From Acidobacteriota bacterium (GTDB lineage Bacteria > Acidobacteriota > UBA6911 > RPQK01 > JAJDTT01): DNA of 64,000 nucleotides. Positions within the stretch are counted from its first letter, which is position 1. Every line of letters starts with the position of its first letter. Shown piece by piece: positions 10,138 to 21,610 of this stretch. Both the position numbers and the translations under genes were made by a program. The stretch spans positions 608,001-672,000 of the forward strand of contig OZ242374.1 in assembly GCA_965209055.1 (NCBI GenBank), written 5' to 3'. The notes below the pieces were generated by a model. It saw nothing but the letters and a program-made list of their open reading frames with translations, made no database searches and was not told the DNA's origin.

Positions 10138-13100
10138 TCACTCCGGACTCTTGATTCCCCGGCTCCCGATCTTCTCGCCGATGCGCTCGAGCACGTCGCC
10201 GACGCAAGCGAAGAGGGTCGCGGGATCGGAAGACGGCACTCGAACATTGAGAACCCCGCCTTGCGCCAGAGTGAGATCGGTTCTCCCTTGGACCAGAGCG
10301 ACGATGTCGTGAGGAGACACCGGCGTGTCATCCCTGAACCTGAGGGAAATCCGCCCCCCGCTGAGTTCGATGGAACTGATTCTCAAACGACTCGCCCCAA
10401 GCCGCAATGCTCCGTACTCGAAAAGATTGGAGACGGAACGCGGGTACTTTCCGAACCGGTCCTCGACCTCCTCCTTCAGGTTTTCCAGAGATCTCCGGCT
10501 CGAGAGAATACTCAGCCGCTTGTAGAGCCAGAGGCGCTGACTCGGATCGGCGATGTAATGTTGCGGAATGTGGATGTCCAGGCCGAGGTCGATGCTGATT
10601 TGGATCTCCTCCGCCGTCTCCTCTCCCTTCAACTCCCGGATCGCCTCCTGCAGCAGCTTCAGGTAGAGCTCGAAGCCGACGGCATTGATGTGCCCATGTT
10701 GTTCCTGTCCCAGTAGATTGCCCGATCCGCGGATCTCCAGATCCATTGCGGCGATGCGAAATCCGGAACCCAGATCGCTGAATTCCCGAATTGCCGCAAG
10801 GCGTTTGGCGGCGTCGGTGCTCAGAGTCTCCTCCGAGGGAATCAGCAGATAGGCGTAGGCCCTGCGATTGGACCGGCCCACCCGGCCCCTGAGCTGGTAG
10901 AGCTGGGCGAGTCCGAACCGGTGGGCCCGGTTCACCAGGAGAGTATTGGCCCGCGGGATGTCCAGACCGTTTTCGATAATGGTGGTGGCGACCAGCACGT
11001 CGTAGCGATAGTCGAGGAAATCCAGCATGACCTTCTCCAACTGGTTCTCCCTCATCTGGCCGTGTCCAACCGCGACGCGAGCTTCGGGCACCGTGTCCTG
11101 GACCATGCGCGCGATGCTGTAGATGGTCTCCACCGAGTTGTGGACCAGGAAAACCTGTCCCTGGCGCTTCAGCTCCAGGTCGATGGCGGTGCGAATCAAC
11201 GACCGGCTGAACCTGACCACGGCCGTCTGAATGGCCAGGCGGTCCTTGGGGGGCGTCTCGATGATGGAGAGGTCGCGGACGCCGGTCAGCGACATGCTCA
11301 GGGTGCGGGGAATCGGCGTTGCCGACAGATTGAGCACGTCCACCCGGGTCTTCAGGCGCTTGAGCCGTTCCTTCTGAGCGACTCCGAACCGTTGCTCCTC
11401 GTCCACCACGATGAGTCCCAGGTCCCGGAACCGGACGTCCCGCGAGAGGAGCCGGTGGGTTCCGATGAGAACGTCGGTCTTTCCCGATTCCGTGTTCCGG
11501 AGGATCCCCCGTTGCTGGCTGCGGTTGCGAAGGCGGCTGATCATCTCGATGGAGACGGGGAACCCCCGGAAGCGCTCGCGAAAGGTATTGTAGTGCTGCA
11601 GCGCCAGGACCGTCGTGGGGGTCAGAACGGCCACCTGCTTGCTGTCGTTGACCGCCCGGAAGGCGGCTCTCATGGCCACTTCGGTCTTTCCGTATCCCAC
11701 GTCTCCGCAGACCAGGCGGTCCATGGGACGCGGCGCCATCATGTCCTTCTTGACGGCCTCGATGGCGTCGGCCTGATCGGGGGTTTCCTCATACGGGAAA
11801 GCCGCCTCGAACTCCCTGACCAGGGCGTCGTCCTCCGGAAAGACATGCCCCCGGGCCACCTCCCGCTGCGCGTACAACTTGAGCAGATCCTGGGCCATGC
11901 TCCGCATGGACTTCTTGATCCGCTTCTTGGTCTTGTCCCAGGAGGCGCCCCCCAGTCGATCCAACCGCGGCCGGGACTCTCCGGAACTGCTGTATTTTTG
12001 AATTTGGTCCAACCGATCCGCCGGGACGTAAAGCTTGTCGTCCCCCCGGAAGCCGACCACCAGGAACTCCCGGCTGTCGCCGCCGACACCCAGCGACCGG
12101 AGTCCCTGGAAGAGTCCGATTCCATGATCGACGTGAACCACGTAATCGCCCGACTTCAGATCCCGGAAATCGGACAGAAAGGCGGCGGCGGGGTCCGGTT
12201 TGGTCCGGGGGGGCGCCGGGGGCCGGAGGCTCTCGGCGAAGAGGTTCTCCTCGCCCAACAGGTGCAGACCCAGGCCGGGCGAGTGGAACCCTTGCGAAAG
12301 CCGTCCCTGGATGACGGCGGTCCCGTGATCCAGGGCGCTGTCGAACCCGGAAGCACGATGCAGGTGGATATCGTATTCGCGAAAGATATCCACCAATCGG
12401 TCGACCATTCCCGGCGTCTTCATCACGAAGACGACCCGTTCCCGCCTGGTCCATTCCTCGAGGTCGGAAAACAACGCGCGAAGCTGACCCGAATACTGCC
12501 GTTCGCTTCGGAAATCGAAACGTTCCACCGCTTCCCGGCCTTGAAAAAGCCGGCTCAGGTAAAAGGACGGGCATTTCTTCGTCCAGCTCTCCACCACCTC
12601 CGCGGACCAGTACAGCCGGTCCGGCGGCAGAGCGAGATCTCCGTCTTCCGTCCGTTCCCGATAGCTCTCCTCCCACCGTTCCCGAATCTTCGTGTGCTCA
12701 TCCCGGAGTTCATCCCAGTCGGAGAGGACCAGCGTCGGGGAGGATCGGCCCTCCGCCCGGACGAAATCCAGCAGATGATGCCGGGTCGGCACCACGAGGG
12801 GAAACAGCGCCTCGAAGCCGTTGAAGAGCTCGCCGTTGGCGGTGAACTGGAGCCGTTCCTCCAGGGCCTGCGCGAATCGAACTTCCGACCAGTGATCCGG
12901 AGCTTCACGGTGCCATCGGGAGATGTCGCGGGCCGTGACGGACAGCTCCCTCATGGGGACCACGCGGCAACCGGGCACCAGCGCCACCGACCGCTGTGAA
13001 TTCGGATCGAATTCGCGAATCGATTCGATCTCGTCTCCAAAAAATTCGATGCGCACGGGAGCCGAACTCGACGGCGGGAAGACGTCGACGATGCCGCCCC

Positions 13101-13746
13101 GCACCGAGTATTCCCCCACTGTGCCGACCGGTTCTTCCCGGACGTAGCCCACCTGGTCCAGGGTTCGCGTCAGGTGGTCCGGAGGGAAGAACCTTCCCGT
13201 TTCCAGGTCGAGACACTGGCTCATGAAGGTCTGGGGCGAAGGAAGCCGGGGCGTCAAGGCGGTCAGCGTCGTCAGGATCAATCCCTGGTTCCAGCGGAGT
13301 ATCTTCCAGAGAGCGGCGGCTCGAGCCGCAGCGATCTCGGGGTGGGGAGACAGCCCGCGATAGGGGTCCGCTTCGGACCCGGGAAGAACCAGGACCCGAT
13401 TCCGGCACTCCCCCGGCAGGAACAGCCGAAGATTTGCCGCCATCGTCTCCAGATCCCGATTGCTCCGGCCCAACCAGAGATAGGAGCCGGGATCTCTTCG
13501 ATAGATGGACGCCAGCACCAGGGCCGAATCGGCTCCACGGAGACCGTCGAGACGCCGGTTGCAGAGCGCTTTCCCGGCCAGGGTCTCGAACAGTTGTGAA
13601 GCCGCGGGAGGCCGTGGGCCCGACGCCGCCGGGGATGGTTGCAGGGACGAATCCGGACTCAAGAACGCTCCCGCCGTCTGGTGCCGGGCGTTCCCGCCAG
13701 CCGTTTGAGGGAGCTCCGGATCTGAGCGGCGATTCCTTCCACGCAT
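10138..13746 (-). CDS. mfd: Transcription-repair coupling factor
   Basis: RGGIVDVF, CarD-like RID (VVHVDHGIG), DRLVCGDVGYGKTEVA, DEEQRFG, QLRGRVGR, TRG motif. Start uncertain (overlaps glmM). Confidence 0.96.
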   Translation of the reverse strand: MRGRNRRSDPELPQTAGGNARHQTAGAFLSPDSSLQPSPAASGPRPPAASQLFETLAGKALCNRRLDGLRGADSALVLASIYRRDPGSYLWLGRSNRDLETMAANLRLFLPGECRNRVLVLPGSEADPYRGLSPHPEIAAARAAALWKILRWNQGLILTTLTALTPRLPSPQTFMSQCLDLETGRFFPPDHLTRTLDQVGYVREEPVGTVGEYSVRGGIVDVFPPSSSAPVRIEFFGDEIESIREFDPNSQRSVALVPGCRVVPMRELSVTARDISRWHREAPDHWSEVRFAQALEERLQFTANGELFNGFEALFPLVVPTRHHLLDFVRAEGRSSPTLVLSDWDELRDEHTKIRERWEESYRERTEDGDLALPPDRLYWSAEVVESWTKKCPSFYLSRLFQGREAVERFDFRSERQYSGQLRALFSDLEEWTRRERVVFVMKTPGMVDRLVDIFREYDIHLHRASGFDSALDHGTAVIQGRLSQGFHSPGLGLHLLGEENLFAESLRPPAPPRTKPDPAAAFLSDFRDLKSGDYVVHVDHGIGLFQGLRSLGVGGDSREFLVVGFRGDDKLYVPADRLDQIQKYSSSGESRPRLDRLGGASWDKTKKRIKKSMRSMAQDLLKLYAQREVARGHVFPEDDALVREFEAAFPYEETPDQADAIEAVKKDMMAPRPMDRLVCGDVGYGKTEVAMRAAFRAVNDSKQVAVLTPTTVLALQHYNTFRERFRGFPVSIEMISRLRNRSQQRGILRNTESGKTDVLIGTHRLLSRDVRFRDLGLIVVDEEQRFGVAQKERLKRLKTRVDVLNLSATPIPRTLSMSLTGVRDLSIIETPPKDRLAIQTAVVRFSRSLIRTAIDLELKRQGQVFLVHNSVETIYSIARMVQDTVPEARVAVGHGQMRENQLEKVMLDFLDYRYDVLVATTIIENGLDIPRANTLLVNRAHRFGLAQLYQLRGRVGRSNRRAYAYLLIPSEETLSTDAAKRLAAIREFSDLGSGFRIAAMDLEIRGSGNLLGQEQHGHINAVGFELYLKLLQEAIRELKGEETAEEIQISIDLGLDIHIPQHYIADPSQRLWLYKRLSILSSRRSLENLKEEVEDRFGKYPRSVSNLFEYGALRLGASRLRISSIELSGGRISLRFRDDTPVSPHDIVALVQGRTDLTLAQGGVLNVRVPSSDPATLFACVGDVLERIGEKIGSRGIKSPE

Positions 13747-15044
13747 TCTTCCAGATGCTCCCGATCCTCTCCTTCAACCATAATCCTGACCACCGGTTCG
13801 GTCCCGGAGCAGCGCACCAGGACCCGGCCCCTGCCCTGCAAGGACTCCTGAACGGATCCGATGCGGCCGCGGACCTTCCGGTCGTCCAGGAGATCCTGCC
13901 CCCGCCCTCCCACGATGACGCTTCGGAGGACCTGCGGGCAAAGTCGCAGCCCGGCGCTCAACCGGGCCAGCGAACGGCGTTCCTGAAGCAACACCTGAGC
14001 CATCTTCAGGGTGGTCAGGATACCGTCTCCCGCCAGGGAGTGCTCTCCGAGAATGATGTGACCCGAAGGCTCCCCACCCAGAGCGTCTCCTCCCTCCACC
14101 ATGGACTCCAGGACGTTTCTGTCTCCGACTTGCGTCCGGACCAGGCTCACACCCAGGCCCGCCAGGGCGGCCTCGAGCCCCAGGTTGGACATGACGGTGG
14201 CGACCACCCGGCGGGTGGGCAGGCGGTTTCGTTCCGACAGGTGCCGGGCCAGAACATAGAGTATGTGATCCCCGGTCAGGATCCGTCCGCGGTGATCGGC
14301 CAGAATGGCGCGGTCGGCGTCTCCGTCGAAGGCGGCGCCGAAGTCGGCCCCCGTTTCGACTACGGCTCGAGCCATCCGCCGGGGATGGACCGCCCCGCAG
14401 TCCCGATTGATGTTCCGGCCGTCGGCCGGCGCATCGATGAGGTGAACGCGAGCCCCAAGGCTGCTGAAGAGCCGGGGCGCCACCTGGGATGCGGCTCCGG
14501 AAGCGCAGTCCAGAATCAGCTTCAGGGGCTTCAGACTCCCCACCTCCAGGGTCGACCGCAGAAACCTGGAGTACATCCCGAGACAGCCGGGTTCGGTCCG
14601 GATCAACGCCGGCGGACTCGAACGGGGAGGAGGCGGCGCGGAGGAATTTGAACCGTCATCCGCAATGAGCGTCTCAAGCGCCAGCTCGCGACGCCGCGAC
14701 AGCTTCCGCCCCCGCGCCGTGAAGAATTTCAGGCCGTTGTCGCTGTAGACGTTATGAGAGGCCGAGACGACGACGCCGGCGTCGAATTCCGAATCCCGGC
14801 AGAGGATGGAGACGGCGGGAGTCGGCAACACTCCGGCGAGGGTCACGCGGGCGCCGGCGGCCGCGAGACCGCGGCTCAAGGCCTCTTCCATCCAGGGGCC
14901 GCTCTCTCGAGTGTCCCTCCCCACCACCACTGACCTGCACCCCTGGAGGGCGAGGCACCGGCCGATTCGAAAGATGGTCGCGGGGTCCAGCGGAGGTTCG
15001 CCCGCCACGCCTCGAATTCCGTCGGTCCCGAAGAGAGTGGACAT
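13659..15044 (-). CDS. glmM: Phosphoglucosamine mutase
   Basis: LFGTDGIRG, SASHN, DGDADR, GGEPSGH, RCSGTEP. Confidence 0.95.
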   Translation of the reverse strand: MSTLFGTDGIRGVAGEPPLDPATIFRIGRCLALQGCRSVVVGRDTRESGPWMEEALSRGLAAAGARVTLAGVLPTPAVSILCRDSEFDAGVVVSASHNVYSDNGLKFFTARGRKLSRRRELALETLIADDGSNSSAPPPPRSSPPALIRTEPGCLGMYSRFLRSTLEVGSLKPLKLILDCASGAASQVAPRLFSSLGARVHLIDAPADGRNINRDCGAVHPRRMARAVVETGADFGAAFDGDADRAILADHRGRILTGDHILYVLARHLSERNRLPTRRVVATVMSNLGLEAALAGLGVSLVRTQVGDRNVLESMVEGGDALGGEPSGHIILGEHSLAGDGILTTLKMAQVLLQERRSLARLSAGLRLCPQVLRSVIVGGRGQDLLDDRKVRGRIGSVQESLQGRGRVLVRCSGTEPVVRIMVEGEDREHLEECVEGIAAQIRSSLKRLAGTPGTRRRERS

Positions 15045-15052
15045 TCGGGCAG

Positions 15053-16000
15053 CTATCGCCTGACCCGGATCCGGACTTGCTCGGGACGGGTCGATTCCAC
15101 CCGGTAGACGTCCTCCAGATCTTCGCGTTCGGAGACAGCCACGATCTCGGGAAGAATCTCATGGGGCTGGCGCTTGGGCTCAAGATTGTCCGCCGCCACA
15201 CGGGCTCGAAAGTCCTTGCTGGAGATCTCTCCCTCGAAGGAGATGGGGACCGACACCACCAGATTCAACGAGCGGGTCATGAGACTGGTCCCGTCCCTCG
15301 GAGATTCCAGCTCCACGGCAACTCGCGACAGCGTCAGCTCGCGCCTTTTTTCCTCGATCAGGATCTGCAAAACGACGGGGGAACTGCCGTCGATCGTGAC
15401 CCGGGGATTTTGAGGATCCAGGTCAACGTCCGCATCGAAACCGGAGGAGCGGCCGGAAATGTCGACGGTTTCGGTCGGGACGGCGGAAACCGTGGCCAGC
15501 ACCGCCTCCAGGCCCGACACTCTCACCTCCGGGGGCGAACTCCGGACTTCGACCAGTGCATACCCTTCCTCCGGCTCACCCTCCAACCGAGGCCGAACCT
15601 CCACCATCTTGTGATGGATCTGCTCCAACTCCAACTGCAGCGGATTGGGGGCGATGCTCAAAACGTCCACGCCAAGCGGGCGGTTGCTGATGTTGTGTTC
15701 GGTCAGGGAAATCTGGACCTTGCCGGCCACCATGCTCTGGAGATCGATTTCGGCCGACATTCGGCCCGCCACTTCCTCGATGGCAATCGTCCGCCCGGAG
15801 CGAATGGTCACCTCCACCTCATGTTCGTAGTCGGTGGAGATCTCAAGGTCGGGCGCCAGGTTGACAAACTGGACCGGAACCGTCACCACTCGAATGACTT
15901 CGTCCTTGACCCCCAACAGATTCCAGAGCAGGAAGGAGAGGCCAAGAGAGATCAGCTTCAGGCCGAAATTGTTCAGGATCCACTGGCGCAGACGGATCAT
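15053..16000 (-). CDS. cdaR: YbbR-domain regulator of diadenylate cyclase (CdaR-like)
   Basis: NNFGLKLISLGLSFLLW TM anchor plus YbbR-like repeats (GEPEEGY...PPEVRVSG); lies between dacA and glmM and its ATG overlaps the dacA stop. Confidence 0.8.
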   Translation of the reverse strand: MIRLRQWILNNFGLKLISLGLSFLLWNLLGVKDEVIRVVTVPVQFVNLAPDLEISTDYEHEVEVTIRSGRTIAIEEVAGRMSAEIDLQSMVAGKVQISLTEHNISNRPLGVDVLSIAPNPLQLELEQIHHKMVEVRPRLEGEPEEGYALVEVRSSPPEVRVSGLEAVLATVSAVPTETVDISGRSSGFDADVDLDPQNPRVTIDGSSPVVLQILIEEKRRELTLSRVAVELESPRDGTSLMTRSLNLVVSVPISFEGEISSKDFRARVAADNLEPKRQPHEILPEIVAVSEREDLEDVYRVESTRPEQVRIRVRR

Positions 16001-16803
16001 GCCGGCTTGGGGCTCCTCTGGACCGCTTGGGTGGATGGACTCCGGCGAGTTCCCATCAATTCCCGGAGCAGCGCCAGCAGCTTCGGGTCCTCCAGATCCT
16101 GGATCAGGTTGCCCTGGAACGCCACCGACACGCTGCCCGTCTCCTCGGAAACAATGATGGAAATGGCGTCGGTTTCTTCCGAGATCCCGAGGCCGGCGCG
16201 GTGGCGGCTTCCCCAACGGCGACCCAGATCCGGACTCGTGGTCAGGGGAAGATAGCAACCCGCGGCGGCGATGCGGTCGGCCTGAACGATTACGGCCCCG
16301 TCGTGGAGTGGACAGCCGGGGCTGAAAATACTCAGCAATAAATCATTTCCGACCAGGGCGTCCAGCTTGATTCCCGTCTCGATGTAGTTGCGGAGCCCGA
16401 TTTCCCGCTCCAGGACGATCAAGGCCCCGGTCTTGTCCCGGGACAGGTGGCCGGTCGTCGCCACCAATCCATTCAAGTTGGCCCGTTGGGCAGAGGTGAA
16501 CAAGGGCAGGAAGAATCTGCCTCTTCCCAGAGCGGCCAGTCCCCGGCGGATCTCCCGCTGATAGATGATGATGGCGGCCAGGATGAAGTTGACGAAGAAA
16601 TTGGAGAACAGGGTCTCCACCATCTGCAGTTCCAGCGTCCGGGCCAGGTAGTAGACCAGCAAAAGTCCCATGACCCCCAGCGTGATTTGCAAGCCGCGGG
16701 TGCCCTTGAACAGCAGCAGGATGTGGTAGATGAGGACGGTCACCACCAGGATGTCGAGCAGATCCCGGACACCCAGATCGAAAAGACCGGAGAATGCGTC
16801 CAC
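15997..16803 (-). CDS. dacA: Diadenylate cyclase CdaA/DacA
   Basis: Three N-terminal TM segments, GALIVLER, catalytic PLHDGA and GSRHRA motifs, VSEETG. Confidence 0.93.
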   Translation of the reverse strand: MDAFSGLFDLGVRDLLDILVVTVLIYHILLLFKGTRGLQITLGVMGLLLVYYLARTLELQMVETLFSNFFVNFILAAIIIYQREIRRGLAALGRGRFFLPLFTSAQRANLNGLVATTGHLSRDKTGALIVLEREIGLRNYIETGIKLDALVGNDLLLSIFSPGCPLHDGAVIVQADRIAAAGCYLPLTTSPDLGRRWGSRHRAGLGISEETDAISIIVSEETGSVSVAFQGNLIQDLEDPKLLALLRELMGTRRSPSTQAVQRSPKPA

Positions 16804-16804
16804 C

Positions 16805-17764
16805 TCAGCAGACTCTCCTTTCGCCCAGAATCGAATCGGCTATTCGGAGCGCGTGGACCATTTCATCGAGATCGTGGACCCTCACGATGTGGGCTCCCCC
16901 GACCACCGCCATCACGACCGAAGCCGCCGTGGCAATCAGCCTCTCTTGCACCGGGATGTCGAGGATTTTGCCGAGAAAGCTCTTTCGGGACGTGCCCACC
17001 AGAATTGGCAACCGGAGCCGGCGCAACCGTGGCAACCGATTCAGGACCTTGAGGTTGTCTTCTACTGTCTTGCCAAACCCGATTCCGGGATCGACAACGA
17101 TTCTATCACGAGCGATTCCGTAGCTGCCGGCAAGGTCCACCGCCTGGGCCAGATTTTGCTCGATCTCCTTCAGAATGTCCCGGCTGGGAGGCAGGGTCTG
17201 CATGGAGCGTGGCGTACCCCGCATGTGCATGAGCACTATGGCGGCGCCGGCCTTGCCCGCAACCTCCGCCACACCCGGGTCCAACTGCAGCGCACCGACG
17301 TTGTTGACGATATGGGCGCCTGCGTCCAGGGCCGCCCGCGCCACCTGCGACTTGTAGGTGTCGACGGAAACGAGACAGGATGTGCGGCCCCGGATTCCCG
17401 CCAGCACCGGCAGAATGCGGTCCAACTCCTGGGCGGCAGAAACCGGGGACACGCCCGGGCGGGTGGACTCGCCGCCGATGTCCAGGATGTCCGCGCCCTT
17501 GGCCGCCAACTCCAGGCAACGGTCCACGGCCTGGTTGGCAGCGAGGAACTTGCCGCCGTCGGAGAAGGAGTCGGGGGTGACGTTGATCACCGCCATGGTC
17601 CGGGTGACCGGACCCAACTCCAGACTCCTGCCCCGGGCTCTCAGGGTGAAAGATTTCCGGACGTCTCCAATTGCGCGTTTTGGCCGATTCTCTCGCATGC
17701 AAGAAAAATGGGACTGGCGGCACTGCCGGCGGCAGAAAAGAACCGGCGCTCCTCCGGCCTGCAC
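16805..17764 (-). CDS. folP: Dihydropteroate synthase
   Basis: INVTPDSFSDGG, DIGGESTRPG, DPGIGFGK, GTSRKSF, RVHD. The true start is probably near 17700 or below. Confidence 0.95.
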   Translation of the reverse strand: MQAGGAPVLFCRRQCRQSHFSCMRENRPKRAIGDVRKSFTLRARGRSLELGPVTRTMAVINVTPDSFSDGGKFLAANQAVDRCLELAAKGADILDIGGESTRPGVSPVSAAQELDRILPVLAGIRGRTSCLVSVDTYKSQVARAALDAGAHIVNNVGALQLDPGVAEVAGKAGAAIVLMHMRGTPRSMQTLPPSRDILKEIEQNLAQAVDLAGSYGIARDRIVVDPGIGFGKTVEDNLKVLNRLPRLRRLRLPILVGTSRKSFLGKILDIPVQERLIATAASVVMAVVGGAHIVRVHDLDEMVHALRIADSILGERRVC

Positions 17765-17794
17765 CCTCCCGATACGGGGAGCGGCCGGAAGGCG

Positions 17795-19738
<1,944 letters not shown>

Positions 19739-19857
19739 GACCGGACCTCCTGAGACGCAGATACGTCGGACATTGTTCCATTATAGGGGAATGTCCCGAG
19801 TCTGAACACGCCCGCCGATTCTTTCAACATGGTCCGCACCGTTCCCGCGGCGCTCCT

Positions 19858-21285
19858 CTATACACGATGCCGACTCGCGCCGGGTTCCCTCGACCCGGCG
19901 TGAGGACCGTCAAGCACCTTAATCAGGACCGCCTCCCTTTCGCCCGGACAGGCGCGGACCCTGGGGTCCGCGGGAAGACCCTCCACCCAGAGCAGGCGGC
20001 CATCGTCCTCCGCCACCACCAGGGAATCCCGGGCGCTCCTGGGGATGCGGTGCCGCAGGAAGAGCCGCTTGAGCTTCTTCCCGCCCGGACCCGGGTACCG
20101 GTCCCCCGCCACGCGGTTCCGGACCGTCAGGCTGGACCCTGGAAAACGAAGCAGAGTTTGACCCGAATCTCCAGCGGGCGCCGTCATCCGGCGGCAGACC
20201 ACGTGCCGGCCGGTTTCCGGAATGGCCACCTCCCCGGGGACCGGAAGCCGGTGGCTGAACCGGACCGGCGGAACCCTCCTGGCGAGTCTCAGGTGGTCGA
20301 ATTCGAGGCCGGCCTCAATTTCTCCCGGCAGGTGGACCCGTCTCCCGCTTCGTCCGGAGACCAGATCCAGTACCCGGTCGACGTGCTCCAGGCCCAGGTC
20401 CCGGAGATCCCCCTTGCAGGTTCTCACTGCATGCCGGACCACCTCTTTCCTGAGGGCCGGCGCCAGATCGAGGAGCGCCGCGACCCTCAGCCTGACCTCG
20501 CCGGAACGGATCGACGGCGTCTCCCGGCACGACCGGAAGGCCTTGCGCCCCTCGTCGTCCAGGAACTCCGCCACCTCCTGCCAGAGCCGGGCGGTCCGTC
20601 CCAGGGTCGGAATCAGGGCCGGGTTCAGGCGGCTGCGCAAGTCGGGAATCAGGTGGTGGCGGACCCAGTTGCGATCGTAGCGGAGATTCCGGTTGCTGGA
20701 ATCGTCCCGGTAGGGCTGTCCCCGGCGTTCGAGAAACCCCAGTATTTCTTCCCGGTCCCTCTCCAGCAACGGGCGGACCATGCGGACCGGGCTCGCTTCC
20801 GGCCCGTGAGGAAGAATCTCGCGCGCCGGGAAGATCCCCGACATACCCGTGGGGCCGGCGCCGCGCGCCAGCTTCAACAGAAAGGTCTCGGCCTGATCCT
20901 GCAGGTTGTGCCCGGTGGCCACGACGGACCCGGCGGCTGACGCGATCTCGGAGAGGAACCGGTAGCGGACCCTTCGGGCCAGATCCTGAAGATTCGTACC
21001 CGGCCCCGGCTTCAGCGGGCGCGACCGGACGTGGAGCGGGACCTCCAATTGCCGGCAGAGCGTTCCGACGAAGCTTGCGTCCGCATCGGACTCGGCGCCT
21101 CGAAGGCCATGATTCACGTGGAGGGCCGACAGCGACAGCGGCCACTCGCGGCTCAGGTCCCTGAGGACCCGGAGCAGCGCCACCGAGTCGGGCCCGCCCG
21201 AAACCGCGCACAGCACCGAATCACCCGGCTTCAGCAACGAAAACCGTTTGACGGTGTCCCTGACTGCCGATACGAAGAGGTCCAT
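19858..21285 (-). CDS. tilS: tRNA(Ile)-lysidine synthetase
   Basis: AVSGGPDS, HVNHGLRG, TGHNLQDQAET, DSSN...RNWVR, C-terminal KKLKRLF. Confidence 0.93.
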   Translation of the reverse strand: MDLFVSAVRDTVKRFSLLKPGDSVLCAVSGGPDSVALLRVLRDLSREWPLSLSALHVNHGLRGAESDADASFVGTLCRQLEVPLHVRSRPLKPGPGTNLQDLARRVRYRFLSEIASAAGSVVATGHNLQDQAETFLLKLARGAGPTGMSGIFPAREILPHGPEASPVRMVRPLLERDREEILGFLERRGQPYRDDSSNRNLRYDRNWVRHHLIPDLRSRLNPALIPTLGRTARLWQEVAEFLDDEGRKAFRSCRETPSIRSGEVRLRVAALLDLAPALRKEVVRHAVRTCKGDLRDLGLEHVDRVLDLVSGRSGRRVHLPGEIEAGLEFDHLRLARRVPPVRFSHRLPVPGEVAIPETGRHVVCRRMTAPAGDSGQTLLRFPGSSLTVRNRVAGDRYPGPGGKKLKRLFLRHRIPRSARDSLVVAEDDGRLLWVEGLPADPRVRACPGEREAVLIKVLDGPHAGSREPGASRHRV

Positions 21286-21366
21286 CGCTTTGCTCGAAGA
21301 CGGCTGCGGCCGGAACCAAGAGGAGCCGGCAGAGGAGGTTGCCTCCTATCCAATAGAACGACGCTC

Positions 21367-21396
21367 TTGACAGAAACGTGGATTCCAACCTATTAT
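21367..21396 (+). promoter_or_regulatory. sigma70 promoter of the SAM riboswitch leader
   Basis: TTGACA-N18-TATTAT about 13 nt upstream of the aptamer. Confidence 0.65.
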
Positions 21397-21408
21397 CCCA
21401 TTTCTTGT

Positions 21409-21521
21409 CCTTATCCAGAGTGACGGAGGGATCGGGCCCTAGGATGTCACGGCAACCGGCCCTTGAATGGTACGGTGCCAAATCCCGCAGACGGGTTCGC
21501 CCGCTTGTCTGAAAGATAAGC
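21409..21521 (+). ncRNA. SAM-I (S-box) riboswitch aptamer
   Basis: P1 CTTATC...GATAAG; ATCCAGAG...GGAGGGA..GGCCC..GA..GGCAACC...GGTGCCAAATCC...GAAAGAT consensus elements. Confidence 0.92.
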
Positions 21522-21534
21522 CCGGTTGCGTGGG

Positions 21535-21565
21535 AGCCCTTTCTCAGCGGGAAAGGGCTTTTTTG
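21535..21565 (+). terminator. Intrinsic terminator (riboswitch expression platform)
   Basis: AGCCCTTTC-N7-GAAAGGGCT stem followed by a T-run. Confidence 0.85.
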
Positions 21566-21610
21566 TTGTTTGGCGATCCGTCCTGCCGGGACAAGGGAAA
21601 GGGAAGCAGG

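Noticed and set aside
19780-19830. ftsH promoter or heat-shock element
   Set aside because: A TATAAT is present on the minus strand (19780-19785), but there is no properly spaced -35, CIRCE or sigma32 match.
21467-21610. N-terminal extension of the ThrC-like ORF
   Set aside because: It runs through the riboswitch and terminator; the real start is the ATG at 21611.
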